Positions 38,157 to 48,125 of a stretch of 64,000 nucleotides of DNA are shown in pieces. Positions within the stretch are counted from its first letter, which is position 1; each line of letters opens with the position of its first letter. This DNA is from Candidatus Heimdallarchaeota archaeon (GTDB lineage: Archaea; Asgardarchaeota; Heimdallarchaeia; Heimdallarchaeales; Heimdallarchaeaceae), in NCBI GenBank assembly GCA_021399345.1, contig JAAFKI010000045.1:32001-96000 (forward strand), read 5' to 3'. The notes under the pieces were generated by a model. The model saw only the letters and a list, made by a program, of their open reading frames with translations. It was not told the DNA's origin and did no database searches. A program made the translations under genes and the position numbers.

Positions 38157-41096
38157 ATGAGAAATAAGCCATTCATCGTTTTTCTAGTTTCATTTCTTAT
38201 TCTTCCCTTACCCATGCTATATCAAACAAATGCATCTTTAACTGGTTATCAGATGAATGCTTCAACATTATTCAATTCAAGCACTAGTTCAGATGAGACT
38301 ATTTCCTCTATAACAAAAGCTAGTAATATCCTCGAGAATCAACGATGGAAATTTCCTATGGATCATAATCAAATTTACAAAGATTTGATGAAGTTTAACG
38401 GAAGAGCAATGATATCATTTTTCTCATTTGAAGAAAGGGATATGTTCATAGAAAATACCATGAAAAGCGGTACATTAATTGAGAGAATTTTCAAGTCAAT
38501 TCCCGCTGTATCAATTGCATATACAAAAGAAGCCTTACAACAATTGGGAATAAATAACCTAAGAGTGAAATATGTGTATCCAATAGGAACATATGATTTT
38601 CATATTCCTCAGAATGTGGATATGGATATCTCAGGATTGATGGATCTTAGTGTTCTTCGTCAAGCTCTTGAAATAGATGCTGTTCATGAGCAAGGTTATA
38701 CAGGATATGGTGTAATTGTTGCAATATTAGACAGTGGATTAAATACATCTGTAACACCAGCTTTGAGCAGTTTAAGAAACTATAATGAAACTAAAGTCAT
38801 AATTGATCTGAACTTAATTCAAGATTTTGAAGACTCAGATGATTTGAGTGGTCATGGGACCCATATTGCTACTGTTTTAGCGGGAAATGGAAAATATAGA
38901 AACGAAGATGGCATTATAGAACTAACAGATGATTATGGGATTGCACCTGATGCTCAATTAATCAACATTAAAGTTCTTGATAGAACAGGATATGGAAAAG
39001 ACGAATGGCTTTTTACTGGATTTGATGAGGCAGTGGGAGGTATCTTTATTCCAGGATTAGGACTTGTTATACCTGATGTCATTTCAGCTAGTTTAACTTC
39101 TGTAACATTTGCAGAAATTGGTGATCCTATAGAAGAACTGGTGTATGAAGCAGCACGGCAGAATATACCTGTAATTGCATCTGCTGGAAATTATGGTCCT
39201 TCAGGAGCGTCAATAGGTGCTCCAGCAATCTGGGATCATGTTATAGCAGTTGGTGCGTCTGAATATATGGATAATCTCGCAATATTTACATCAAAAGGTT
39301 TGAATCGCAACTTTTCCGTTGGAATAGACATATTAGCTCCAGGTGTTGCAATTCAAGGAAGTGATGCTGCAACTGGTGGTTCAAGATGGGTTTCAGGAAC
39401 TTCTGTTGCTGCACCTATTGTTAGTGGTGTTTTTGCTCTATTAATAGGCGCCTTCCCAGGCCATGGAGTTCATAAATATGAAGCAGCCATTTTAGAAACA
39501 GCAGATGATATGAATTTCCCAATTATTTACCAAGGAAATGGGATGGTTAATCCCTTAGCAGCTTATTATTACTTAAATTCATATGAAGATCTTGGACTTT
39601 TTACAATATTACCAAAGCGAATTTCTCCGGTGAATGAGTATTTTTACTCGTGTGTAGAGGGGGAAACCTCTGAATTTATCATTAAGCTTATCTCATCTTT
39701 TGATGGACAAATAGTTACAACTCTCACAGGAGATTCACAATTCATTGAAATATCAAATCAAATAGATGTCTTTACAGGTTGGAATCACTTTGCATTCAAC
39801 ATCTCAATTCCTCTAAACACACCTATAAGAGCTATTACTGCAGGAATTTTGTTTGAGAATACTGATGGAATTATTATAACTATGAGTGTTTCAATTCAAA
39901 CAAGATATTTAGGTGGGACGGTTCTATTCGATAACTCTCATGAAAATGATACAGAAAACAGATGGTTTGATGCATCTTCATCAGTGGGGACACACACGTA
40001 TCTTACTCGAATCTTGAAAGACAGAGGTTTTCGTATACGCAATCATTATCAAGGAAACTACTCTTTTACAAATATTGATATTTTAGTCATCTCAGATCCT
40101 GAATTTAATTTTACTTCAGAGGAGTTAGCTGATATTCAAGATTTTGTTACTAGTGGTGGTTCCCTACTATTTTTGATTGACAGTATTAGATTTATTGATG
40201 CCAAATCTATAGATAATGAACCATTAATTTCAAGTAATTATTATGCGTGTGATGAATTACTAGAACACTTCAATATGAGTGTAGGACAATCAGTACCTAT
40301 TACTTATGTTCCCTATGAAGCACAGATTATTGAAACGGAAAATTTTGATGTAGATTCTTTTATGTTTTGGGGAAGACCTGTCTTTTTCTCGGATAATCCA
40401 AATGAAAACAACACTGTTATAGCGACATATGAGACCTTTATAGATAGTGAAAAATATACTTTTAATGCTGCAATAGCAAAGGAATATCACAACGGAAGAG
40501 TAATGGTTTTTGGCTCAGGATACCCATTTACAGATCATGGTTTGTTACCAGATTCCTATGAGAGTAACCCTTCAAGGGCTGGATTAGATTATTCATTCAA
40601 AGATATTTTTGGTCTGGATGATAAAAACTCTCAATTGGTGAATGAAACATTCAATTGGCTTATTGATACACATAGACCAGAGTATATAATAGAAAGTACT
40701 CCAGAGGAAACATTCATCCGAAAACCAGTATCTATTGGTGTTCAAATCAGATTCAAGAATGGAAGTTTCTATGTAAGTGAAAATAATAAGCTGAATGCAA
40801 CTCTAATGTATCCAAATTTAGTATTTGAAAATCTTGAACTAATCTATAATTCAACATCAAGTCAATATGAAATTACTTTTACGCTAGAGGAGTATGGATT
40901 GCATATTTTATATATTCCGCTAAAATTCACAGATTATACTCCTTCAGATGGAAGAATTGAAATCTTAAATAATGTTCACTTTTGGGATCAATTGAGCACA
41001 ATAAGATCTATTTCAAACTGGGTAATAGCTTTTGTGTTTATCTCTCTAGCTATGGTTCCGGTTATCAGATTCAGATTTCGAAAAATAACGACATAA
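38157..41096 (+). CDS. Membrane-anchored S8 subtilase with GATase-like C-terminal domain (Site-1-protease-like architecture)
   Basis: AILDSG, GHGTHIA, SAGN, SGTSVAAP; VLFDNSH...DILVISDPE...GGSLL; C-terminal TM helix. Confidence 0.92.
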   Translation: MRNKPFIVFLVSFLILPLPMLYQTNASLTGYQMNASTLFNSSTSSDETISSITKASNILENQRWKFPMDHNQIYKDLMKFNGRAMISFFSFEERDMFIENTMKSGTLIERIFKSIPAVSIAYTKEALQQLGINNLRVKYVYPIGTYDFHIPQNVDMDISGLMDLSVLRQALEIDAVHEQGYTGYGVIVAILDSGLNTSVTPALSSLRNYNETKVIIDLNLIQDFEDSDDLSGHGTHIATVLAGNGKYRNEDGIIELTDDYGIAPDAQLINIKVLDRTGYGKDEWLFTGFDEAVGGIFIPGLGLVIPDVISASLTSVTFAEIGDPIEELVYEAARQNIPVIASAGNYGPSGASIGAPAIWDHVIAVGASEYMDNLAIFTSKGLNRNFSVGIDILAPGVAIQGSDAATGGSRWVSGTSVAAPIVSGVFALLIGAFPGHGVHKYEAAILETADDMNFPIIYQGNGMVNPLAAYYYLNSYEDLGLFTILPKRISPVNEYFYSCVEGETSEFIIKLISSFDGQIVTTLTGDSQFIEISNQIDVFTGWNHFAFNISIPLNTPIRAITAGILFENTDGIIITMSVSIQTRYLGGTVLFDNSHENDTENRWFDASSSVGTHTYLTRILKDRGFRIRNHYQGNYSFTNIDILVISDPEFNFTSEELADIQDFVTSGGSLLFLIDSIRFIDAKSIDNEPLISSNYYACDELLEHFNMSVGQSVPITYVPYEAQIIETENFDVDSFMFWGRPVFFSDNPNENNTVIATYETFIDSEKYTFNAAIAKEYHNGRVMVFGSGYPFTDHGLLPDSYESNPSRAGLDYSFKDIFGLDDKNSQLVNETFNWLIDTHRPEYIIESTPEETFIRKPVSIGVQIRFKNGSFYVSENNKLNATLMYPNLVFENLELIYNSTSSQYEITFTLEEYGLHILYIPLKFTDYTPSDGRIEILNNVHFWDQLSTIRSISNWVIAFVFISLAMVPVIRFRFRKITT

Positions 41097-41225
41097 ATCC
41101 TTATTGCCCTTTTTCTCATTTCGTGTGTGCAAGCCTTTGCACAGCGTTTTACGAAAGGTTTATATACTGTGCAAAATATATACACATGTGGAAAAAATTT
41201 ACACACCGCTTCAAAAGTGATAACA

Positions 41226-41504
41226 ATGAAAAGGGAAAAACTACCAAAAGGATCAATCGAAGTTATTGATTTATTAGGGGATAAGGGAGCATTAACACAA
41301 AAAGAGATAATTGACAGTTTGAAGGAAACCAAACCACGAGCAATTAGATATACTGTTAGACAGTTACTAGAAAGAACAGTTCTTGTAAACCGTGCTAATT
41401 TCGAGGATATGAGATCTTCATTAATAGGACTCAACCCTGAAATGGACAACAATTTGAAGGATTTAATAACTCTAAGTAAGGAAAGAGTTATTGCTTTAGC
41501 TTAG
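41226..41504 (+). CDS. Small winged-helix transcriptional regulator
   Basis: LTQKEII...PRAIRYTVRQL..; ATG at 41226. Confidence 0.8.
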   Translation: MKREKLPKGSIEVIDLLGDKGALTQKEIIDSLKETKPRAIRYTVRQLLERTVLVNRANFEDMRSSLIGLNPEMDNNLKDLITLSKERVIALA

Positions 41505-41572
41505 TACATGAGAAATAAGATTATTATCAAAATCTTTTTTATCTCTTAATTTTCAGTTTTTATGGAAAAGAG

Positions 41573-42874
41573 ATGACAATAAAAATCATAGCTAATATTT
41601 CGGGATTCTTTGTATTCGATAATCAAGATAAATTGATCGAGTTTACAGCTTATGAAAAGAACCCTGAAAAAATTGCTGAAAAGATCCACAACTTATCGAA
41701 ATATACTATTTCCGAAGAATTAGAGAATATTTTTTCTGACTTAAAGGAAAAAACTATTGAAACTAATTCAGCTGACGTTCAGAATTTCTCTAGAAGTAAG
41801 GGAATAAAGAGTGAACTCATTATTAAATCTGAAAATTATCAAGCTGTAATCTCAAAGATTCCAGAAATCCTTATTCAAAAGAATTATATCAAAGACGATG
41901 CAGAATATACTGTACTATTGAAAGATGTTAGCATAAATCTTTCAAAGAAAAGCGTTGCTTATAGTTCTCAAAGAATTGATAAGAACGTAGTCCACGCAAT
42001 TTTATCAATGGATGATATAGATAAAACCACCAATCTTTTTTCATCTCGAATAAGAGAATGGTATGGGGTTCATTTCCCAGAAATTTTGAAAGAAGTACAA
42101 AATCATGTAACTCTTTGCAAAATCGTCACTGAAATTGGAACAAGACAAAAATTTACAGAAAATGGTCTCAAAGATTATGGGTTCTCTATAGAGAGAAGTA
42201 AAAAACTTGTTCAATTAGCATCAAAATCCATGGGAGCATCTTATGAGGATAAAGATTTGCGTCCTCTACAAGATATGGCACAAAAAACTCTTGATTTATA
42301 TGAAGAACGAGAGAATTTGGAAAGTTGGATAGAAAGAGAGATGGGAAGAATAGCTCCAAATATGAAAGCAGTAGTAGGGTCTTCTATTGCTGCTAGGTTA
42401 ATTGCTTTAGCTGGAGGATTGAGAGAAATAGCTATGAAACCAGCAAGTACAGTTCAGTTATTAGGTGCAGAAAAAGCGCTTTTTAGAGCATTAAAAACTG
42501 GAGCTAAACCACCAAAACATGGTATTATCTATCAGATGCCAGAAATACACAGCTGTCCATGGTGGCAAAGAGGGAATATATCTAGAGCTATTGCTGGAAG
42601 ACTCACAATTGCAGCTAGAATAGATTTCTTCCAAGGAGAATTCTATGGAGACCAACTGCGAATTGAGGTTGAACAAAAAATCGATGAAATTAAAGAGAAA
42701 TATAAGAATCCCCCTGAAGGCAAACAACCACCAGTTGATAGAAGTTTTCAACCCGATCAACAAAGACCAAAACGTGGAAGCTACAAAAATGGTCAAAAGG
42801 GAGGCCAAAGAAGTAGTCAAAGGGGAGGTCAAAGAAAACCTCCATATAAGAAACCCTACCAAAAGAGGAGATAA
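41573..42874 (+). CDS. nop5: Box C/D RNP subunit Nop5 (Nop56/58)
   Basis: REWYGVHFPE, PASTVQLLGAEKALFR, PPKHGII. Confidence 0.97.
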   Translation: MTIKIIANISGFFVFDNQDKLIEFTAYEKNPEKIAEKIHNLSKYTISEELENIFSDLKEKTIETNSADVQNFSRSKGIKSELIIKSENYQAVISKIPEILIQKNYIKDDAEYTVLLKDVSINLSKKSVAYSSQRIDKNVVHAILSMDDIDKTTNLFSSRIREWYGVHFPEILKEVQNHVTLCKIVTEIGTRQKFTENGLKDYGFSIERSKKLVQLASKSMGASYEDKDLRPLQDMAQKTLDLYEERENLESWIEREMGRIAPNMKAVVGSSIAARLIALAGGLREIAMKPASTVQLLGAEKALFRALKTGAKPPKHGIIYQMPEIHSCPWWQRGNISRAIAGRLTIAARIDFFQGEFYGDQLRIEVEQKIDEIKEKYKNPPEGKQPPVDRSFQPDQQRPKRGSYKNGQKGGQRSSQRGGQRKPPYKKPYQKRR

Positions 42875-42876
42875 AA

Positions 42877-43560
42877 ATGTCAAACCTAGAAAATCATAAA
42901 TTTGGAAATTTGTTTTGGGTAACTACTAGAGATGGAAACAAGAGATTAGCAACAATTAATGCTGACCCTGGTAAAAAAGTATATACAGAGAGATTATTAA
43001 CTGAAGAAGGAACTGAATATCGAACTTTTGACCCCTATAAAAGCAAACTAGGTGCAGCTATTTTCAAGAAACTTAAAACATTCCCTTTAACTAAAGGCAG
43101 TAAAATTTTGTATTTAGGTGCTGCTTCTGGAACAACCGTATCTCACATTTCCGATATTTTAGGCGATGAAGGTTCAATCTTTGCAGTAGAATTTTCCGCT
43201 CGATCAATGGGAGATCTCATAGTTGTTGCTGAAAGAAGGAAAAATATTATACCACTTCATGCAGACGCAAGATTTCCTGAAGAGTATAGTAACATAGTTC
43301 CCCAAGTAGATATTGTCTATGAGGATGTTGCTCAACCATCTCAAGCAGAGATTCTTGATACTAATGTTAAAACCTATCTTAAAGATGGTGGATATTTCTT
43401 TTTAGCTGTAAAATCTAGAAGTATTGATGTAACCAAAGATCCAAAAATAGTGTTCAAAGAGGTAATTGATAAGATCGAATCTTTTGGTCTGAAGATTATT
43501 GAAACAGTAAATTTAGAACCTTACGAAAAAGATCACATTATGATTGTTGGGCAAAAGTAA
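42877..43560 (+). CDS. flpA: Fibrillarin rRNA/tRNA 2'-O-methyltransferase
   Basis: SKLGAAI, YLGAASGTTVSH, DVAQP.Q, KSRSID. Confidence 0.97.
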   Translation: MSNLENHKFGNLFWVTTRDGNKRLATINADPGKKVYTERLLTEEGTEYRTFDPYKSKLGAAIFKKLKTFPLTKGSKILYLGAASGTTVSHISDILGDEGSIFAVEFSARSMGDLIVVAERRKNIIPLHADARFPEEYSNIVPQVDIVYEDVAQPSQAEILDTNVKTYLKDGGYFFLAVKSRSIDVTKDPKIVFKEVIDKIESFGLKIIETVNLEPYEKDHIMIVGQK

Positions 43561-43569
43561 CTGCTCAAC

Positions 43570-44562
43570 TTAACTTTCTTTTATATTGGAGTATTTTTTA
43601 ACCCAATTTTTAACTAAATCAAAAGCTTTCTTCATCTGATTAAGTTCATCTACAGTAAAAGTTGGTATGTTTTGAGTTAGAGGATTATCAGAGTCTTCAA
43701 CAATCATTACAGCTCTTCTTTTAGTCAAAGTAGCTATATCTTGGGTAAGAATTGCGCGTTCAGCCATATTCTTTTGTTGAAAATCATCTACACAAACTAG
43801 AATGTTCATCCCACTGTGAATATCTAGGTTTTTCTGCTCTCCAAAAGCATCAAAAGGAGATTGACGAGTCCAAAATTGAGTAAAAAAGCCTAATTCTTCA
43901 AGAATTCCGGATATTTCCTCCTTGAAATTTGAAAGATTTTCAGTTGAATATTGTGGTCTTGATTCTTTCTCAATGTCTATATTGAAGATTTTGATTCCTT
44001 GCGCTACTGGGGAATCTAATATTTCTTCCAGTTTTGCTGCAGTTGAAGGAGTTGGGTTTATGGAATGCTCATATTCGTAAATTGTTCTTCTAGAAACTCC
44101 CACAAGATGTGCTAAATCTGCATAACTTAGATTTTTTTCCAGTCTTGCTTGACGGAGTATTTTTCTGTTAATTTGAACAAAATATCCACCTTTGCTGCAA
44201 TATACAATTGGAGGTACTCCATGAGAAATTAGATTAGTAAAAGTTTCACTACTAACAACAGGAATACCATACCTTAGTAAAACCAAGCCATCATCAATTT
44301 CTGAAAAACGTCTTCCTCGCTCACCTATAATTAAAGGAGATGCATTAAGAAAGGTTGCAATATTCTTTAGTTCAAAAGAATTGTCACGGTTAAAATTATC
44401 AATATAGGGTTCAACTTTGATAATTATAAGCTGGTCTCTTCTTTTAGCGATAATATCAAAACAGGCTTTACTTCCTTGAGATAATTTAGCAATACTATAT
44501 CCATTAGTATTGAGAATCTTTTCTACATCAGATAGAATTGCTAAACGACTGCTTTGAGACAT
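43570..44562 (-). CDS. Archaeal HTH transcriptional regulator (COG1395-like; nuclease-fold plus XRE HTH)
   Basis: CFDIIAKR, LRYGIP, GGYFV.I, LAHLVGVSRRTIYEYE. Confidence 0.88.
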   Translation of the reverse strand: MSQSSRLAILSDVEKILNTNGYSIAKLSQGSKACFDIIAKRRDQLIIIKVEPYIDNFNRDNSFELKNIATFLNASPLIIGERGRRFSEIDDGLVLLRYGIPVVSSETFTNLISHGVPPIVYCSKGGYFVQINRKILRQARLEKNLSYADLAHLVGVSRRTIYEYEHSINPTPSTAAKLEEILDSPVAQGIKIFNIDIEKESRPQYSTENLSNFKEEISGILEELGFFTQFWTRQSPFDAFGEQKNLDIHSGMNILVCVDDFQQKNMAERAILTQDIATLTKRRAVMIVEDSDNPLTQNIPTFTVDELNQMKKAFDLVKNWVKKYSNIKES

Positions 44563-44644
44563 ATTCCAACCTGTAACTTATTTCTAAAATCCATCAAGAA
44601 GAAACAAATATAAGTTTAGCTTTGTAAACAAACAACTTGTTAGT

Positions 44645-46234
44645 TTACAATTTTTTTGACATATAAGGACCGTCCTTTGTATATCCTCGTTTTTGATAAT
44701 ATTCTCTTACTCCAACACCAGAAATTACTGAAATCTTAGAATAATCTTTTTCTTTCCCAATTTCTTCTGCTCTTGAAAGTAACTCTTTTCCATACCCTCT
44801 ATGTTGCCATTGAAGGGCCCCACTCTTCGAAGCCTGCAAACCTCGAAGTTCTCCATATATATGTAGTTCTCTTACAATAATCGTAGATTTGTCAAACTCT
44901 GGACGAATAATGTTATCACTTAGCTCTCTTAATCTTAAAAATCCGATAAGGGCATCGTTTTCTGTTTCTTCAAAGGATAGAAAATGTTCGATTCCTTCGC
45001 TGGCTTCATATGATCGCTCAATTAAATCAATCTTTGACTGATTTATTTTTATGCCTTTTTTATAAATGATATGGCCTACTTCTCTGCAGCGAATACACTG
45101 GCATTTCTTTCCTTGTTTTTCGAGAAGAGCTTGAACATCTAATCTCAAATCACTCTTATTTGGACCTGCAGCTATTTGATGTGCAGGTATGTCCCTAAGC
45201 ACTCTCTTGATTCGTACATATGGAGGAATTAGTTCTTTTATTTTAGCAATTAAGTTTGTAGTAGATTCATTAGTTAAGGGTTCATATTCTCCATTTTGAA
45301 AATCTTGGAAAAGTTGAGTTCCAGGAATAACCATAGTTGGATAGATTTTAAGCTCATCAGGTCGGAATCTAGAATCATTAAACAGAATTTCAAAAGATTC
45401 AATATCTCTCTCAAATGTTGAACCTGGGAGGCCAGGCATCATATGTGCAGTAATTTTAAGTCCAGTATCCTTGATGAATTGAAAAGCTGCAACTGTTTCT
45501 TTAACTCCGTGACCTCTTTGCATTTTTTCTAGAATATCATCAAACACAGACTGAACTCCAACTTCTAATCTTGTAACGCCGTATTCTATAAGATGATTAA
45601 TTTTCTCGTGATTTATCTGATCAGGTCTTGTTTCAGCTGTTAAACCTATACATCGATGAACAGCTGTTTCGTTGATTTTATGTGCTTCTTGAATGTCCTT
45701 GGAATCATTTTCATTAAAAGCATCAAACATTCGTTGAATAAACCATAATTGATATTCAACAGGTTGGTTGGTAAAGGTTCCTCCCATGATGATAGCGTCT
45801 ATTTTCTCAGTTGAGTGACCTATAGATTCAAGTTGTTTAATTCGTTCAGTTACTTGAAGATAAGGGTCGAAATTGTTACGAATCCCCCTCATAGCTGTAG
45901 GTTCATATCCAGTATAACTTTGAGGTTTATCAATTTCTGGACCTCCAGGGCACATAATACATTTTCCATGAGGACACTCCCATGGGCGCGTCATTGCAGC
46001 TACAATTGCGACTCCCGATAAAGTTCGGACAATACGTTTTATAAGAATAGGAAGTAGTAACTCTCTTTCTTCAGTATCACAAATTGCTAAAATTTCACTG
46101 TTCTTTGGAAAATCTTTCAGTTTATATTTTTTAGCAATATCACGTTTGACTTGACCTAGAATTTTTCTATTAGGCTCTTCTAAAATTAATAGCCTTTCTT
46201 TAATTTCGACTAGAGCTTTATCTCGATCATTCAT
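44645..46234 (-). CDS. elp3: Elp3 tRNA U34 acetyltransferase (radical SAM plus GNAT)
   Basis: CPHGKCIMCPGG, QSYTGYEP, ETRPD, RCREVG, VRELHIYG, QHRGYG; start moved to ATG 46234 to avoid overlap with rps30e. Confidence 0.96.
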   Translation of the reverse strand: MNDRDKALVEIKERLLILEEPNRKILGQVKRDIAKKYKLKDFPKNSEILAICDTEERELLLPILIKRIVRTLSGVAIVAAMTRPWECPHGKCIMCPGGPEIDKPQSYTGYEPTAMRGIRNNFDPYLQVTERIKQLESIGHSTEKIDAIIMGGTFTNQPVEYQLWFIQRMFDAFNENDSKDIQEAHKINETAVHRCIGLTAETRPDQINHEKINHLIEYGVTRLEVGVQSVFDDILEKMQRGHGVKETVAAFQFIKDTGLKITAHMMPGLPGSTFERDIESFEILFNDSRFRPDELKIYPTMVIPGTQLFQDFQNGEYEPLTNESTTNLIAKIKELIPPYVRIKRVLRDIPAHQIAAGPNKSDLRLDVQALLEKQGKKCQCIRCREVGHIIYKKGIKINQSKIDLIERSYEASEGIEHFLSFEETENDALIGFLRLRELSDNIIRPEFDKSTIIVRELHIYGELRGLQASKSGALQWQHRGYGKELLSRAEEIGKEKDYSKISVISGVGVREYYQKRGYTKDGPYMSKKL

Positions 46235-46265
46235 TTGAAAACAGTTTTTCAATAAATAGAAGATA

Positions 46266-46448
46266 TTATCTGGAACGACGTTTAGCTCCCATGCTTTGAG
46301 CTTGACCAGCGTAACGACCAAGAATAACACGTTTAACATATTTGTTTCTTAGACCCCTTCGGGGAATAGGACTGTGTCTTTCTTTTCCTTCAACTTTGGG
46401 AGTTTGCTTTCTAACTTTTCCTGCTTTTTGGAGCGATCCGTGACCCAT
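46266..46448 (-). CDS. rps30e: 30S ribosomal protein S30e
   Basis: HGSLQKAGKVRKQTPKV. Confidence 0.96.
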   Translation of the reverse strand: MGHGSLQKAGKVRKQTPKVEGKERHSPIPRRGLRNKYVKRVILGRYAGQAQSMGAKRRSR

Positions 46449-46632
46449 TTAAACACCTTTTTTGTCTACTTTAGTGGTCGAAGGTACGTTTAAAAACTTA
46501 TAGTTTTTGGTTCAGAAGAAAACTCTACAATAGGAGATTCAGTATAGATTCATATTTAAGCACGAGAAAGTAATTCATCGGTTTATATACCAAATGTAGT
46601 ATTAGTAGTTGAAAACAACTAAGGTGTAAAAC

Positions 46633-46950
46633 TTGACATGGAAAATGGTATTCAAAATCTACGCTGAAGAAAAGGAGAAAAAACTGGAATTAACCAGATT
46701 TAAACTGAGCAACATAACCAATGTTAAAGAATTTCTGAAAAACTTCTTTGAAGATCAAAGAGAGTGGTTAAGAGAGCAAAGCAACCTAGGGAAAGGTTTA
46801 GGTTATGAAATTGTTCTTGTTGATGATAATGGACAAGATTTACCAATGAAAAACCTGTATGAAATTCTGTATACACGAGAGGATCTTGTCTCATTTTTTA
46901 GTATGACTACTGATACAATAGGTGAACTACTAGCTGAAGGGATAACTTAG
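46633..46950 (+). CDS. Hypothetical protein
   Basis: 105-aa ORF with an upstream TATA box (TTTATATA ~46582). Confidence 0.65.
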   Translation: MTWKMVFKIYAEEKEKKLELTRFKLSNITNVKEFLKNFFEDQREWLREQSNLGKGLGYEIVLVDDNGQDLPMKNLYEILYTREDLVSFFSMTTDTIGELLAEGIT

Positions 46951-47050
46951 AGGAATCATCTATGATTTATTTTGAAACTTGTGTAAAAAATAATAAAACA
47001 ATTAAAAAAGGAATAGGAAGTAAGACTTCCACATATAAATTTCCTTAATC

Positions 47051-47944
47051 TTATTTCTTTGTGGAAAAATATTTTTCCTCAATTTCATCAGTATTTATTT
47101 CATTTAATTTGCAATATCTTTCAGTTAATATAGGTTCATGATTGCCTACCACAAGTGCTCCTCCAAAGTAAATCTTACCGAAGTATATGGGATTTATGAG
47201 TATTTTTTCAATCTCATCGGTGCTAAGTTTGGTAGCTCCAGAAATCTCTTCTACGCTCTTACTTTGTTTGTAAAACCAAGCTAACACGATTTTAACTTTC
47301 ATTGCTTCATCTTCTTTGATAACCAGTTTGTCTTTCAGTAATTGATACCCAAATGGTATCAAATCACCATCAACATCTTTCAAAATAATCTGAATATTAC
47401 CACCTGATTTCTTGATTTCCTCTGGAATCCCTTCTGGCACAGGTTCAGATTTATATTCTGGTTCAGAAACAATTTGTTCTTCCTCAACTTCATCTTCATC
47501 TTCTTCGACAACATCTTCTACGACATCTTCAAGAACTTCTTCTGCAACTTCTTCATCCATTTCTTCAAGAATTTCTTCAACTACATCCTCAACAGCTTCT
47601 TCGATAACTTCTTCAGTTGCTTCTTCCTCGATCTCTTCTATTTCTTCTTCGTCTTCTGCAACTTCTTTAAGTTCCTCTACAAGCTCTTCTATTTCTTCTT
47701 CAGGTTGTTCTCCGAGTTCTTCTTCTACTTCATCAATAAGCTCTTCAAGCTCTTCCTTGACATCTTCACTGAACTCTTCTACTTTCTCCTCAAGCTCTTC
47801 TTCGAGTTCTTCTTTTTCTTCTTCGCTGAACTCTTCTACTTCCTCCTCAAGCTCTTCTTCAAGTTCTTCCTTTACTTCTTCACTAAGCTCCTCTTCAGCT
47901 TCTTCTGATAGCTCATCATTAAATTCTTCTTCCATCATAAACAC
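47051..47944 (-). CDS. Glu-rich disordered protein with a C-terminal serine-recombinase DNA-binding (Recombinase) domain
   Basis: PFGY...EDEA...S...I......IL.NPIYFG....GNHEPIL. Confidence 0.75.
   Translation of the reverse strand: MFMMEEEFNDELSEEAEEELSEEVKEELEEELEEEVEEFSEEEKEELEEELEEKVEEFSEDVKEELEELIDEVEEELGEQPEEEIEELVEELKEVAEDEEEIEEIEEEATEEVIEEAVEDVVEEILEEMDEEVAEEVLEDVVEDVVEEDEDEVEEEQIVSEPEYKSEPVPEGIPEEIKKSGGNIQIILKDVDGDLIPFGYQLLKDKLVIKEDEAMKVKIVLAWFYKQSKSVEEISGATKLSTDEIEKILINPIYFGKIYFGGALVVGNHEPILTERYCKLNEINTDEIEEKYFSTKK
47720..47887 (-). repeat. About three 57-bp (19-aa) coding tandem repeats
   Basis: LSEEVKEELEEELEEEVEE / FSEEEKEELEEELEEKVEE / FSEDVKEELEELIDEVEE. Confidence 0.8.
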
Positions 47945-48125
47945 TCCTTAAACATAAACGACTAGTTTTAACTATAAATATTTATATAAAAGGGCCATAA
48001 ACCTAATTTCTTCTAACAAGAATAATATTTTCTAGATTTTGGTGTTTTTTCAGAGAACTATGGAACAGGTAAAATGGGGCTTTACACTAATTTTAAATAT
48101 TTTTGAGTTTTAGTACATTTTACAA

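Noticed and set aside
46235-46339. N-terminal extension of Elp3
   Set aside because: Overlaps rps30e; ATG at 46234 is the more plausible start
47051-47944. Active integrase or mobile element
   Set aside because: No catalytic serine domain, att-like repeats or other mobile-element genes
47412-47951. Ser-rich and Phe-rich + strand ORFs
   Set aside because: Antisense artefacts of the GAA-rich Glu-repeat gene
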